Source of the DNA: an uncultured bacterium
GTDB taxonomy: Bacteria > B130-G9
DNA: 52,324 bases
Assembly: GCA_964480475.1 (NCBI GenBank)
Contig: CAYZPW010000009.1
Location: 1 to 52,324, forward strand
Direction of reading: 5' to 3'
In this document: piece after piece, positions 1 through 8,781 of the stretch
Layout: every line of letters begins with the position of its first letter
How positions within the stretch are numbered: the stretch's first letter is position 1
The notes under the pieces: generated by a model
Told to the model about the DNA's origin: nothing
Database searches by the model: none
The model's input: the letters and a program-made list of their open reading frames with translations, nothing else
Made by a program: the position numbers and the translations under genes

Positions 1-63
1 AGCGCCTCGGCAGGACGTTGCTTGCGACCAACCACCTCGACTGGACGTCCGGGCGGGTCTGAG
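1..63 (+). pseudogene. Fragment of a DDE transposase gene (C-terminal region), cut short where a solo copy of the 27-bp palindromic repeat begins; about 90% identical to the inverted copy at 13955-14200
   Basis: In-frame translation reads ...ERLGRTLLATNHLDWTSGRV and then a TGA that lies inside the repeat sequence. The same stretch in the second copy (minus strand, 14052-14110) reads ERLARTLLVTNHLDWTSGRVIEAYRG..., which carries an IS4/IS701-like C-terminal motif. The fragment runs off the window start. Confidence 0.45.
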
Positions 64-76
64 ACACCGCCCCTAC
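50..76. repeat. Solo copy of the 27-bp GC-rich palindromic repeat (CGGGCGGGTCTGAGACACCGCCCCTAC), the same sequence that forms the terminal inverted repeats at 1205-1310
   Basis: Direct sequence match to 1284-1310 and to the reverse complement of 1205-1231 and 26275-26301. One CA/AC transposition at the gagacAccg position. Confidence 0.6.
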
Positions 77-134
77 ACAACCGCAACGACTTATGACCCA
101 GCCTCTTCTAGCCTGCCATCGCCCAAGCCGCTGG

Positions 135-1190
135 TCAGTTGGAGGTGCGTGGCTCGGCATAGATGGATTGATCGACGTAGAACGTCGGCTGCGCGAGGTC
201 TTCAGGCTCCAGCGATTTGCAGGCGGCGGCGAGTCGCCCATACAGCCTGACCATGCTGTATGAGTGCTCTATCTCCTCCACGATGGGGAACGTCTCGATG
301 TTGTAGCGGTCCGCAAATCCAGTCTCGTCGAGGTAAAGCGCCACGGCCTTGAGCGATTTGCTCTTAGTGCCCACGGCCGCTATGATCGTCGTGCCGTGAA
401 TCAAATCCTTCTGGTTCTCGCGGTCAGAGAGAAGAATCACATCTATTCGGGGCAGCAGTTCTGCGAGCTCAAGCGCCTCGTCCAGAGTGATCTGAGCGAG
501 CACGATGACGACGTTTGCGATGGTTGCGTGCGACGCCAACACCTGCTGAAGGGCGTCGGCCGGCTCCTCAAGCTCGATTGTCCGGTTCCCCTCGTCGTCC
601 CTCGTCCAGTCAACGATGAGCTCCTCGTCGTCCCTGGAGATGACCCCCGCAACAAAGACCGTCGCCTCGGTCGTCCCTTTGAGCATGAATCGGTCGAAGA
701 CAGCCTCGTGCGTCTCAACGTCAAGCAAGTTGGCGCAGAGGAAGCGGAATCGAGCCTCCTTCTGAAGCCGCTTGAGGTGGTTAAGGCCGAACGTGAAGTC
801 CTTGAGACCAAGCCCCAACGCATCGTAGGCCATCATGTTGAGCGCGGCTACTATGAACCACGACTTGAGCCTCTCAGGCTCGCAGTTGCCGTTGAAGAGG
901 TTGCCAGCGTCCAGAAGCAGCATATCATCCCGCCCGGATAGACACTGGAGGATGAAGGTTCTGCGCCTCTCGAAGCCCCCGAGCTGAGGGTCCGAGCAGC
1001 TGGACCGCCTCATCGTCCCGAACGTGTTGCCGGTAAAGAAGGCTACGACGCTAGGCGTCGCCTCGACCTCGAAATCAACCTTCACGCTGACGGGTTCGTC
1101 CTGGGCGAGACAGGTGGAGGCCAACATAACCAACAGAATCAGGGACAGCGGGACGGTTGTAGAGGTGAGGCGTGGAGGTTGGGTCAGCAT
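135..1190 (-). CDS. Secreted 5'-nucleotidase/calcineurin-like metallophosphoesterase homolog; the canonical metal-binding motifs appear degenerate
   Basis: The ORF listed as 135-1343 most likely starts at the internal Met (MLTQPPRLTSTTVPLSLILLVMLASTCLAQ), which gives a signal peptide. The longer N-terminus only arises by reading through the repeat element at 1205-1310. Motifs LLLDAGNLFNG and MAYDALGLGLKDF resemble the UshA-type DaGDqfqG and GNHEFD blocks, but with D-to-N and NHE-to-KDF substitutions. Confidence 0.5.
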   Translation of the reverse strand: MLTQPPRLTSTTVPLSLILLVMLASTCLAQDEPVSVKVDFEVEATPSVVAFFTGNTFGTMRRSSCSDPQLGGFERRRTFILQCLSGRDDMLLLDAGNLFNGNCEPERLKSWFIVAALNMMAYDALGLGLKDFTFGLNHLKRLQKEARFRFLCANLLDVETHEAVFDRFMLKGTTEATVFVAGVISRDDEELIVDWTRDDEGNRTIELEEPADALQQVLASHATIANVVIVLAQITLDEALELAELLPRIDVILLSDRENQKDLIHGTTIIAAVGTKSKSLKAVALYLDETGFADRYNIETFPIVEEIEHSYSMVRLYGRLAAACKSLEPEDLAQPTFYVDQSIYAEPRTSN

Positions 1191-1204
1191 TACGAAGGTG
1201 TCGC

Positions 1205-1310
1205 GTAGGGGCGTGGTCTCGGACCCGCCCGTTCTGATTGATTGCCGTTGCGAGAATGCCTTATCCGACAGGATTGATGTAAGCGGGCGGGTCTGAGACC
1301 ACGCCCCTAC
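1205..1310. mobile_element. 106-bp MITE-like element with 27-bp terminal inverted repeats (GTAGGGGCGTGGTCTCgGACCCGCCCG ... CGGGCGGGTCTGAGACCACGCCCCTAC) flanking 52 bp of non-coding sequence
   Basis: The two ends are reverse complements of each other apart from one mismatch. The same 27-mer recurs as solo copies at 50-76 and 26275-26301. The element sits immediately upstream of the 135-1190 gene. Confidence 0.65.
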
Positions 1311-1339
1311 ATGCCCGCGCGCGTGAGGTCTTCCCACGA

Positions 1340-3055
1340 TCATCCTCGGCCTTCGGTCTTGCTCAAGAGGAAATCGCTGATGATGAGGTCATCGATGCCG
1401 GTCGTGTAGAAGCACCGCAGCGCGTCCCTTGGCGTGCACACAATCGGCTCTCCTTCTATGCTCAACGACGTGTTTAGGACGACGGGCACGCCGGTCAGCT
1501 TCTCGAATTCGGCGATGAGGTTGTAGTAGAGCGGGTCCGTATCCTTCTCGACGGTTTGAACGCGGCCCGTGCCGTCAACGTGAGTAACCGACGGGATGAC
1601 GTCGCGCTTTTCGGGCAGCACGTTACAGACGAGCAGCATGAACGGCGAGGGGTATGAGAAATCGAAATACTCGGACACCTTCTCGGCGAGAATCGACAGC
1701 CCAAACGGCCTGAACGACTTGCGGCGCTTGACAAGCTCGTTCACGACGTCTTTCATCTTGGGGTCGCGTGGGTCTGCCAAGATGCTCCGCTTGCCGAGTG
1801 CGTGGGGGCCAAACTCCATCCTGTCCTGAAACCACCCGACGATGCGCCCTTGGGACACCAGCCTCGCGGCCTCAGCGGAGGGGTCCTTGACCTCCCGATA
1901 CGGGACCTTCGAGAGCTTCAGGAACGCCTCGATCTCGTCGTGGCTGTATTCCGGGCCCCAGAAGGCATGGTCCATCACGAAGTCGCGCTTGTTGCCCAGA
2001 AGACCGTTGTGGATGTAGAACGCCGCTCCAACCGCCGCCCCCGCGTCGTTGGCCGCCGGCTGGATGAACGTTTCCTCGAACCCGGCCTGCTTCAAGAGCA
2101 TCCCGTTGGCAACGGACTTAAGCGCGACGCCGCCGCTGAGGCAGAGCTTCCTGCTGCCCGTCACCTTGTGCAGATAGTTGGCCATGTGGACCAAGGCGTC
2201 CTCGAGCCGGCGCTGACCCCCCCGGGCGACCTCCGCGTGGCGGTCGGTTACCTCTTGGCCAGGCTTTCTGTCGGCGCCAAATGTCAGGAGAAACTTGTCG
2301 GAGTAGTAAGGAATCTCGCCATACTGATAATTGAAGAACGACATGTCCATCTCATATTCGCCGTCGGGGGCCAGCCTTATCACGCGCTTGAACTCGTTGT
2401 AGTACTTGTCAGTCTTCCCATACGACGACAGGCCCATCACCTCGTATTCATCGGAGTTGCGCTTGAACCCCAGGAACATCGTCAGCGTGGCGTAGAACGC
2501 GCCCAGCGAGAACGGAAAGTATATCTCCTTGAACTTGCTGATCTTGTTCCCGCGACCAGATGCAAGCAGCGTCGTCGTCCACTCGCCGATGCCATCTGCG
2601 CTCAGTATCGCCGCCTCATCGAAGGGCGAAATCGTGAAACAGCTGTATGCCTGCGCGATGTGGTGCTCGACGAACTGGAACTTGAACCGCGCTTGCTGGG
2701 GCTCGTAGCCCGGCAACTTCTTGAGATAAGACTTCGCGACCATCATCGACGGTATGCGGCTGGAGCACTCCGCCTGACCACGAAAGAAAGTGAGAGTCCT
2801 GGGGAAATGCCTCGCCAGGTGGAATATCTTGCGGTGGAGGTTCAGCCAGGGATTGACGCAGAAGCCGACCCACGCCACGTCGTTGATCGAGGCGCCGATC
2901 TCGTTGAGGCAGTAGCTGATTGCGCCGTACGGAAAGCCGCCATCGTGCTTCTTGCGTGTGAATCGTTCTTCCTCCGCCGCCGCCATGAGCTTACCATCGA
3001 CGAGCACACAGGCCGCGGAATCGTGCTGGAATGCAGTAATCCCGAGTATGATCAT
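1340..3055 (-). CDS. Carbamoyltransferase of the NodU/CmcH (HypF-like) family
   Basis: 571 aa. Sequence is typical of the family throughout (MIILGITAFQHDSAACVL..., the YEVMGLSSYG block, and a C-terminal ...HVDGTGRVQTV... region). Confidence 0.85.
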   Translation of the reverse strand: MIILGITAFQHDSAACVLVDGKLMAAAEEERFTRKKHDGGFPYGAISYCLNEIGASINDVAWVGFCVNPWLNLHRKIFHLARHFPRTLTFFRGQAECSSRIPSMMVAKSYLKKLPGYEPQQARFKFQFVEHHIAQAYSCFTISPFDEAAILSADGIGEWTTTLLASGRGNKISKFKEIYFPFSLGAFYATLTMFLGFKRNSDEYEVMGLSSYGKTDKYYNEFKRVIRLAPDGEYEMDMSFFNYQYGEIPYYSDKFLLTFGADRKPGQEVTDRHAEVARGGQRRLEDALVHMANYLHKVTGSRKLCLSGGVALKSVANGMLLKQAGFEETFIQPAANDAGAAVGAAFYIHNGLLGNKRDFVMDHAFWGPEYSHDEIEAFLKLSKVPYREVKDPSAEAARLVSQGRIVGWFQDRMEFGPHALGKRSILADPRDPKMKDVVNELVKRRKSFRPFGLSILAEKVSEYFDFSYPSPFMLLVCNVLPEKRDVIPSVTHVDGTGRVQTVEKDTDPLYYNLIAEFEKLTGVPVVLNTSLSIEGEPIVCTPRDALRCFYTTGIDDLIISDFLLSKTEGRG

Positions 3056-5487
3056 TGTGTAATTGTATCCTTTTTACGGCGCTTGCCCAGCTTATCAAGT
3101 ATATCACCCAACATCTTGTTGCTCGCAATGGAAACCAGCTCGCGGTTGTCTATCAGGAGCAAGATCGCCCCTCCTATCCGAAGCGCCTCACAGAGCTTCG
3201 CGTCCGACATCAGCTTCGATTGCACCGTCTCGGAAGTGGATAGCTGCTTTATCTTTGTTGGCTCAAAGCCCGCCTCCTCAATCGGCTCTTCCCAGTAGGA
3301 ATTGTCAGGCTTCTTACCGCGAATCAGAATGTATTTGTCGAACTTGGGCCCGTCCTGCATTAGCATTGCGACCTGCCGCTGCGCCTCCTGAAGCTCCGAA
3401 AGCCCCGTTGGCGCCAGAAGCTCGCCTTTGTCGTCCCGGTAGAGTATATGATGCACCTCAAAAGCATACGAGAGCTTGCCCGCGTCGCGCTGCTTGATCA
3501 TCTCGCCCAATCCCTCAAGGCCGGCCTTCATGGTCGCTGAGACAAACACGTCAACCTTGCCTCGTATCACGGGCCGAGAAGCCACGATCGTCGCGCCCGA
3601 CAGCTCGGACCGGAACACGAGTCTGTCCTTCACTTTCTTGAAGGCCGACTTCAGGTGCACGAAATTGCGAGCTCTTTTGGCCTCCATCCCGAATATATAC
3701 CCCGGCAAGTGCTCGATCTCGTAGGTCTCAAGCAGCCGCTTGCCCTCCTCGGTTGACGCCTCGACTTTCTCGACCTTGAGGCCGGGCATCATGACTTTGG
3801 TCGAATTGACTATTTTGTCCTCGTTAGTGGCGACGGAGTTCTCGTCGTAAACCACCCAGACGGGGACCTTGACCGCCTCGTCATAGACGCACTTGGCCTC
3901 CTTCGTGCCGGGGTTGAGGCACCGCGCGATCATGCCTTCTTTCTGCGGGCAGTCGTAATCGTGCAGGCATTTCGGAAGGTCCTTGCAGATCGGTATCTGC
4001 TCTGCTCGCGGCCCCAAGACCGTGCAGATGCCTCGCAAGAGCAGCGTCCTGTCGAGGCGCTCGTTGAACCGGCGGTTGTTGATGTAAAGCGTGGGCGATG
4101 CGTTCACCCGGAGCCTTGCGACCCTCGCGGCCATGCTCTTCAGCTCGCGCGCAGGATAGTCGCTGTTCAGGCAAGCCAAAAGCGACTCCGTATCGATGCC
4201 GACGCTCGAGGCGCACTCCTCCCAGCTGGTCCCCGCGACCGACGAATCTCGGCACGCCACGTAAGACAGAAACTTATCCTTCTGCGTCCTGAGAATGCAG
4301 ACGCGACGCATGTCCTCCTCGACCTCGTCATCGCCGTAAAGCGCATCAAGCTCGCCGTCGTCGTTGAATCGCACGATGTAATAGAGGTGAGGATCGATCG
4401 TGTCGCCGAGCGCTTTCTTGAGCTCAAATAGCGTCCGAAAGGCGGGTTTGGAGTGCGGGCAGAGGCTCATCATGTATAGGTCAAGCCGCACGGTTGGCGT
4501 GATGGCCCCGCCGTCCCTGAGCTTTATGAACTCGGTCACGAGCGCTGCCACATCAGCGGCGTCTGGGACCTCCTTGCTAAGCGGAATCTCCTCGATTGTG
4601 GTGCGCTCGGTGGCATCCTCAACTGCGGGCTTAATCCTCGCCAAAAGCAGGTTCTGGCCCTGATAGTCGAAGTTGACAAGATGAGTCGCCCCCACATCGA
4701 AGGAGCGCCTCGTTGAAGTCCGCCGGCCCGAGTTGAAGACCACGTCGATTCCGGGGACCTCCTGGGCGAGCTTCCCCGATTCCTCTTCGCCCAGGTGCGA
4801 CAGAAGAACCACGACGTCAACCTTGTCCTTCTGTTCTCTCAATAGCTTCGCGACGGACTGCTGCGGATCGAGCACAGAAAGGCCCTCAAATTGCTCCCAG
4901 TAGTCGCCCAGCGCGACCTCAGGTGTGCAAACGCCCGTGATCAATACTGTTCGCGTGCCGACTTCTTTCGTGATATATGGCGAGACGAACGGTTTTCCTG
5001 CCTCGGTCTGAACGTTGCAGGACAGGAAGACGAGGTCGAGCTCCTTCTCTGCCCACTTGATGGCCCCCTGGCCGAAAGCAAACTCGTCATCGCCGAGGCA
5101 GACAGCGTCGCATTTCATCTGAGCCATCGCCTTCAGCGCGACGAACGTCCGTTGCTTGTCAAGCTGGTCCCCCTGCGTGTATTCGTCGTAAATGCCCTTT
5201 GCGAAGCAACCGCCGCCGTCCAGAACCAACAGATTGCTAAACTCCTCGCGCAGAGCCCTGATCTGATGCGCACGACGCGCGACGCCACCTAGCAGCTCGA
5301 CAGGGCAGTTGCAGGGCTCGATCATCGCATGCGTCTCACCGGTATAGACAACTGCGATCTCAGCCGACACAGTTGGGGCACTGGCCAGCTGCTCCTGCGC
5401 CCAAACAGTCGCCGAGAAAGAGACCAGGCCTAGGAATAGTGCCCAGCCGACGATCAATAAACGCCCGCAATACTTAGGTTTCCTCAA
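3052..5487 (-). CDS. Secreted multidomain protein: an N-terminal 5'-nucleotidase/metallophosphoesterase-like domain with degenerate motifs, a DsbA-like thioredoxin domain with a CPHS active site, and a Cys-rich C-terminal region
   Basis: 811 aa with a signal peptide (MRKPKYCGRLLIVGWALFLGLVSFSATVWAQ). LVLDGGGCFAKG and CLGDDEFAFG stand where the canonical DaGD and GNHEFD motifs would be. The central block LDLYMMSLCPHSKPAF...LYINNRRF has a DsbA-like fold signature. Its 4-bp overlap with the carbamoyltransferase gene suggests an operon. Confidence 0.55.
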   Translation of the reverse strand: MRKPKYCGRLLIVGWALFLGLVSFSATVWAQEQLASAPTVSAEIAVVYTGETHAMIEPCNCPVELLGGVARRAHQIRALREEFSNLLVLDGGGCFAKGIYDEYTQGDQLDKQRTFVALKAMAQMKCDAVCLGDDEFAFGQGAIKWAEKELDLVFLSCNVQTEAGKPFVSPYITKEVGTRTVLITGVCTPEVALGDYWEQFEGLSVLDPQQSVAKLLREQKDKVDVVVLLSHLGEEESGKLAQEVPGIDVVFNSGRRTSTRRSFDVGATHLVNFDYQGQNLLLARIKPAVEDATERTTIEEIPLSKEVPDAADVAALVTEFIKLRDGGAITPTVRLDLYMMSLCPHSKPAFRTLFELKKALGDTIDPHLYYIVRFNDDGELDALYGDDEVEEDMRRVCILRTQKDKFLSYVACRDSSVAGTSWEECASSVGIDTESLLACLNSDYPARELKSMAARVARLRVNASPTLYINNRRFNERLDRTLLLRGICTVLGPRAEQIPICKDLPKCLHDYDCPQKEGMIARCLNPGTKEAKCVYDEAVKVPVWVVYDENSVATNEDKIVNSTKVMMPGLKVEKVEASTEEGKRLLETYEIEHLPGYIFGMEAKRARNFVHLKSAFKKVKDRLVFRSELSGATIVASRPVIRGKVDVFVSATMKAGLEGLGEMIKQRDAGKLSYAFEVHHILYRDDKGELLAPTGLSELQEAQRQVAMLMQDGPKFDKYILIRGKKPDNSYWEEPIEEAGFEPTKIKQLSTSETVQSKLMSDAKLCEALRIGGAILLLIDNRELVSIASNKMLGDILDKLGKRRKKDTITQ

Positions 5488-5680
5488 TAGATAATCTCCC
5501 GCTTCACGAAGCCGGCTCGCGACCGCCTGGTATCAGTTTTCACCGCCGCAATGGTGAGGCAATATAGGCAACATCGGCGCTTTCTGTCAACCTCGCCAGA
5601 CGAGGAGCTTTCGCAATCGCTGCGCTCCGGATTCTCACCTGGGCGGGGCTTAAGAGGCTGGGACAGAATTCGGTATTGGC

Positions 5681-5760
5681 GTTGTAGGGGCGGTGCTTGC
5701 CCCGCCCTAAAGGCAGACGGGTGCAGTTCGCCGCGCGGCGAACACCCCTACAGGACCATT
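5681..5760. repeat. REP-like cluster of GC-rich palindromes bounded by TGTAGGGG...CCCCTACA, including the perfect 18-bp palindrome GTTCGCCGCGCGGCGAAC
   Basis: Read directly from the sequence. It shares its GTAGGGGCG ends with the MITE-like family. It sits in the intergenic space between the methyltransferase stop and the start of the 811-aa gene. Confidence 0.5.
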
Positions 5761-5786
5761 CGCCCTGCCACGGCCAGCAGGCAGAC

Positions 5787-6599
5787 TTACGCTCTCTTCG
5801 TGCCGCAGAGAACCATCCGAAAGCTATCTGAATTGAGCGGCTTGCCGGTAGAGTGGTCGGCGAAGGCCGAGGTAACGTCAAGCCCGAAACGAACAAGGAT
5901 GCCGCTCATTTCCTCGCGAGTGTACAGCCGGACCCAACCGTGCGAACGATGGAACCGCCGTTCCATCCAGCGAAAGGACCAAACCTCTGTGGTCAAGCGA
6001 GATTCACGCCGGTCATAGCGGAAACGATAGACTCCGGCGGCGCCGGTGTCGAGCTGAAACTTCGTGCAAGGACACTTCTTGATCGCCCATCCCGCGTTTA
6101 TGACGCCAATCACGAACTTGCCGTCGTGGGCTAGCACTCTGGCCAGCTCCGCCAGCATACGTTCATTAGCCGCGTCCGTCTCCTGATAGCCGATACCACC
6201 CTCCGCCATAGCTATCACGCACTCAAAACTGTCGTCAGCAAAGGGCAAGGCAGCCACATCGGCTGTCAGGAAATCGGTCTTGATGTCCCAGGACTCTGCC
6301 TGCCTTTTGGCGAGGCGCGGCAGAATGCGCGAAACGTCAACACCCGCAACCACGAAGCCTTCTTTGGACAACAGCAGGCTATGGCGGCCAAAGCCGCACC
6401 CAGCATCCAGCAGCCGTCTTCCGTGTCCTGGCCCAAGGACATCAACTAAGAAATCAACTTCGCGTCTGGTTATCTTGGGCTTGGCCCACGGAGCGTAAAC
6501 GACCCCTTCGCCTAGCCTGTCCAGCTCCTTCTTCCACCAACCGGGTTCAATCCCCTTTGGTAAGCCCATTTCAGAGTAACGTAACCGAGGCTTCTCCAC
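5787..6599 (-). CDS. Class I SAM-dependent methyltransferase
   Basis: Motif I reads LLDAGCGFGRHS, and the protein has the overall Rossmann methyltransferase layout. Confidence 0.8.
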   Translation of the reverse strand: MEKPRLRYSEMGLPKGIEPGWWKKELDRLGEGVVYAPWAKPKITRREVDFLVDVLGPGHGRRLLDAGCGFGRHSLLLSKEGFVVAGVDVSRILPRLAKRQAESWDIKTDFLTADVAALPFADDSFECVIAMAEGGIGYQETDAANERMLAELARVLAHDGKFVIGVINAGWAIKKCPCTKFQLDTGAAGVYRFRYDRRESRLTTEVWSFRWMERRFHRSHGWVRLYTREEMSGILVRFGLDVTSAFADHSTGKPLNSDSFRMVLCGTKRA

Positions 6600-6620
6600 C
6601 TGAGTTCACGTCTCGGGGTT

Positions 6621-7217
6621 CTATTGCGATTCTGATGCGGTATAGTCCGCGTCATATTGGGCGATGCGCTCTTTGAGAGCCATGAATATGATGTGGTTGA
6701 GCATCGCGTGGATGTCCTCAATCTGTTGCATGTGGTCGCTCGGGACGAGGACATGCACCTTGGCAACCTCCTTTGCCTCGCCGCCGTTCCTGCCCGAAAA
6801 GAGGATAGATGTTGCGCCCGCCTCGTTCGCCGTTTTGAACGCGTTGATCACGTTTGGCGACATCCCGGAAAAGCTTAGGCCCAGGGCCACGTCGCCCCGC
6901 TGGACAAAGTTCTTGAGCTGCTCGCCGAACGTGTTCTTGTAGTCGGTGTCGTTGGCCCAGGCCGTGATTAGCGGCGCGTTGTCGGATAGGCACAGCGCCT
7001 TGAACCGACGCTTGTTGGGCGCCACCGTGCCTTTCGCCGCATCGCACGCGATATGTGATGCAGTGGCCGCGCTTCCACCATTACCGAAAACGAAGAGGCA
7101 CTTATTGTTCTTGTATGCCTCGAAGATTATGTCGAGGACCTCATGGATCTTCACGACGGGTATGTTGCCTATCGTCTCCTTTATCTGCTCCAGGTAGGCG
7201 TTAATGAAATCAAGCAT
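6621..7217 (-). CDS. gmhA: SIS-domain sedoheptulose-7-phosphate isomerase (GmhA/DiaA family)
   Basis: LFVFGNGGSAATASHIACD and the downstream ...LGLSFSGMSPNV... block are classic for GmhA. Confidence 0.75.
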   Translation of the reverse strand: MLDFINAYLEQIKETIGNIPVVKIHEVLDIIFEAYKNNKCLFVFGNGGSAATASHIACDAAKGTVAPNKRRFKALCLSDNAPLITAWANDTDYKNTFGEQLKNFVQRGDVALGLSFSGMSPNVINAFKTANEAGATSILFSGRNGGEAKEVAKVHVLVPSDHMQQIEDIHAMLNHIIFMALKERIAQYDADYTASESQ

Positions 7218-7239
7218 GGCAATCTCCCGTTTCTTACCA

Positions 7240-8781
7240 TTATCCGTAACTGTGTAGGCCGCTCAGTATGTAATTGACGCCTATGAACGTGAATAATACC
7301 GCAATGAACCCAACAATTGAAACAAGCACGAGTGTCGCGCGGTGCTTCTTTGCCGGAAGGCAAAGCCTCAAGTGCAAGAATATGCCATAGATGCACCAAG
7401 TGATGAGGCTCCAGCTCTCCTTGGGGTCCCAGCCCCAGTATCTTCCCCAGGCCTTGTCAGCCCATATAGCGCCCGTGATTATGCCCAGGCCAAGCAGGAA
7501 GAACCCGAGCCGCACGAGCGTGAGATTTGTCTCGTAGAGCCTGGAACGGAGCTCCGACTGCCGGTCTTCCTGGAGAACCAAAAACGCGATGCAGACGCCA
7601 AATGCAAGATACAAGACGCCATAACTGATCACCGCCGCGCCCACGTGATACGTCATCCAATCGCTCTTGAGGACCGGCGGCAGCTGCGAGACCGTCTCGG
7701 ACAGCGGTGATAGAAAGGTCGCGGCCAGTCCGACGCCGCACAGCGTGTCCCCGATAAGGCCGAAGGTCGGCTCCTTGAAGCGGACTTTCAGGACAAGAGC
7801 CGTGATTGCCGCCGCCGCCATCATCACCAATATGTATTCATACGTATTGCTCGCCATCGCCTTATTCGCGATGGTCCCTCTTAATGCAAGGGCAACGACG
7901 TGAAATGCCGCGACCGGATACAGCGCTGCGCTCGCTGCACGCACCAGTTTAGCGCCGCTCGTGACGCAGCCAAATGAGTGGATGAGCGCAATTGCCAGAT
8001 ACATGACAGCTAGCAGCCAGAACGGGCCGACGCGGTTGTAGTGGAACTCGAGCACGAGGCGCCATCGCGGCGGAAAGAGACCTTCATCGGTTGAGGATAC
8101 AATAGCAGCCAGCCGCGACGCGGCTTCATTGTATTGCCCTACGTCCAGCGTCTCAAGGGAGCTTGTCAGCGTCTGGTAGGCATCGCGCGCGCCGTCGATC
8201 TCAAGCGACGCCTCCTCATCCAGCGCTATCCAACCCTGGGGGCCGCCTCGCGGAAAGAGCCTCAGCTCGCTGGCCAGCGCGCGGAACTGCATCAGCCTCT
8301 TCTTCAGTCTTCGCCAGGCCCTTGACTTCTTCAGGTTGGTGGAAGCGGCCATCGCAGAACCAGCACGAGCATGGAGCCTCTCCCGCAGCTGCTTAGGCGA
8401 GATGTGCGTCGCGCTGATGGCTCCCTCGGCGCCAAAGAGCTCAGCGCTGAGCCCAGACTCCAGCTTGATTATTGGCTTCTCGGACCACCTGTCGGGGCAA
8501 AGCGCCCAGCTCAACACGACGAGCGTCGGCTTAAGTCCCGCGTAGCTGCGCTCGCCGAAGATGTCAAACAGCCGCTCGCGGGCAAACGAATCGAGGGCCT
8601 TGAGCCTACCCCCATTCTGAACCGCCAGCTTGCCAAGTATCTCCGTCGATGCGCGAACGTTGCAGTCGAAACGCTCAACCGTAGCCTCCGCCTCGCCGCT
8701 CGAAGCAAACCTGGCCCAAAATAGCGCGATTATCAGCCCCAGGAGCCCTACTACCCACACCCAACAGATGCGTCTGCTCAT
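7240..8781 (-). CDS. ccsA: System II cytochrome c biogenesis protein CcsA/ResC, with a roughly 200-aa N-terminal extension
   Basis: Carries the tryptophan-rich WWD heme-handling motif WGRYWGWDPKESWSL. Multiple transmembrane segments. A 4-bp overlap links it to the upstream ccsB. Confidence 0.85.
   Translation of the reverse strand: MSRRICWVWVVGLLGLIIALFWARFASSGEAEATVERFDCNVRASTEILGKLAVQNGGRLKALDSFARERLFDIFGERSYAGLKPTLVVLSWALCPDRWSEKPIIKLESGLSAELFGAEGAISATHISPKQLRERLHARAGSAMAASTNLKKSRAWRRLKKRLMQFRALASELRLFPRGGPQGWIALDEEASLEIDGARDAYQTLTSSLETLDVGQYNEAASRLAAIVSSTDEGLFPPRWRLVLEFHYNRVGPFWLLAVMYLAIALIHSFGCVTSGAKLVRAASAALYPVAAFHVVALALRGTIANKAMASNTYEYILVMMAAAAITALVLKVRFKEPTFGLIGDTLCGVGLAATFLSPLSETVSQLPPVLKSDWMTYHVGAAVISYGVLYLAFGVCIAFLVLQEDRQSELRSRLYETNLTLVRLGFFLLGLGIITGAIWADKAWGRYWGWDPKESWSLITWCIYGIFLHLRLCLPAKKHRATLVLVSIVGFIAVLFTFIGVNYILSGLHSYG

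Noticed and set aside
264-941. Plus-strand ORFs antisense to long minus-strand genes, for example 264-941, 1802-3298, 9324-9803, 21413-22213, 28264-28980, 42767-43543, 43967-44734 and 49746-50810
   Set aside because: They are shadow ORFs typical of high-GC DNA. Each lies fully inside a well-supported gene on the other strand and has low-complexity, Arg/Ala/Pro-rich composition.
135-1343. The long version (402 aa) of the first minus-strand ORF, which starts at 1343
   Set aside because: Its N-terminal 51 residues are produced by translating through the MITE-like element at 1205-1310 (the same VGAWSQTRPL peptide appears wherever the repeat lies in a frame). The internal Met gives a clean signal peptide, so the start is placed at 1190.
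5540-6018. ORFs 5540-5896 (minus strand) and 5551-6018 (plus strand) in the palindrome-rich intergenic region
   Set aside because: They lie over REP-like hairpins and the methyltransferase 3' end. Their composition is low-complexity and they lack a ribosome-binding site.
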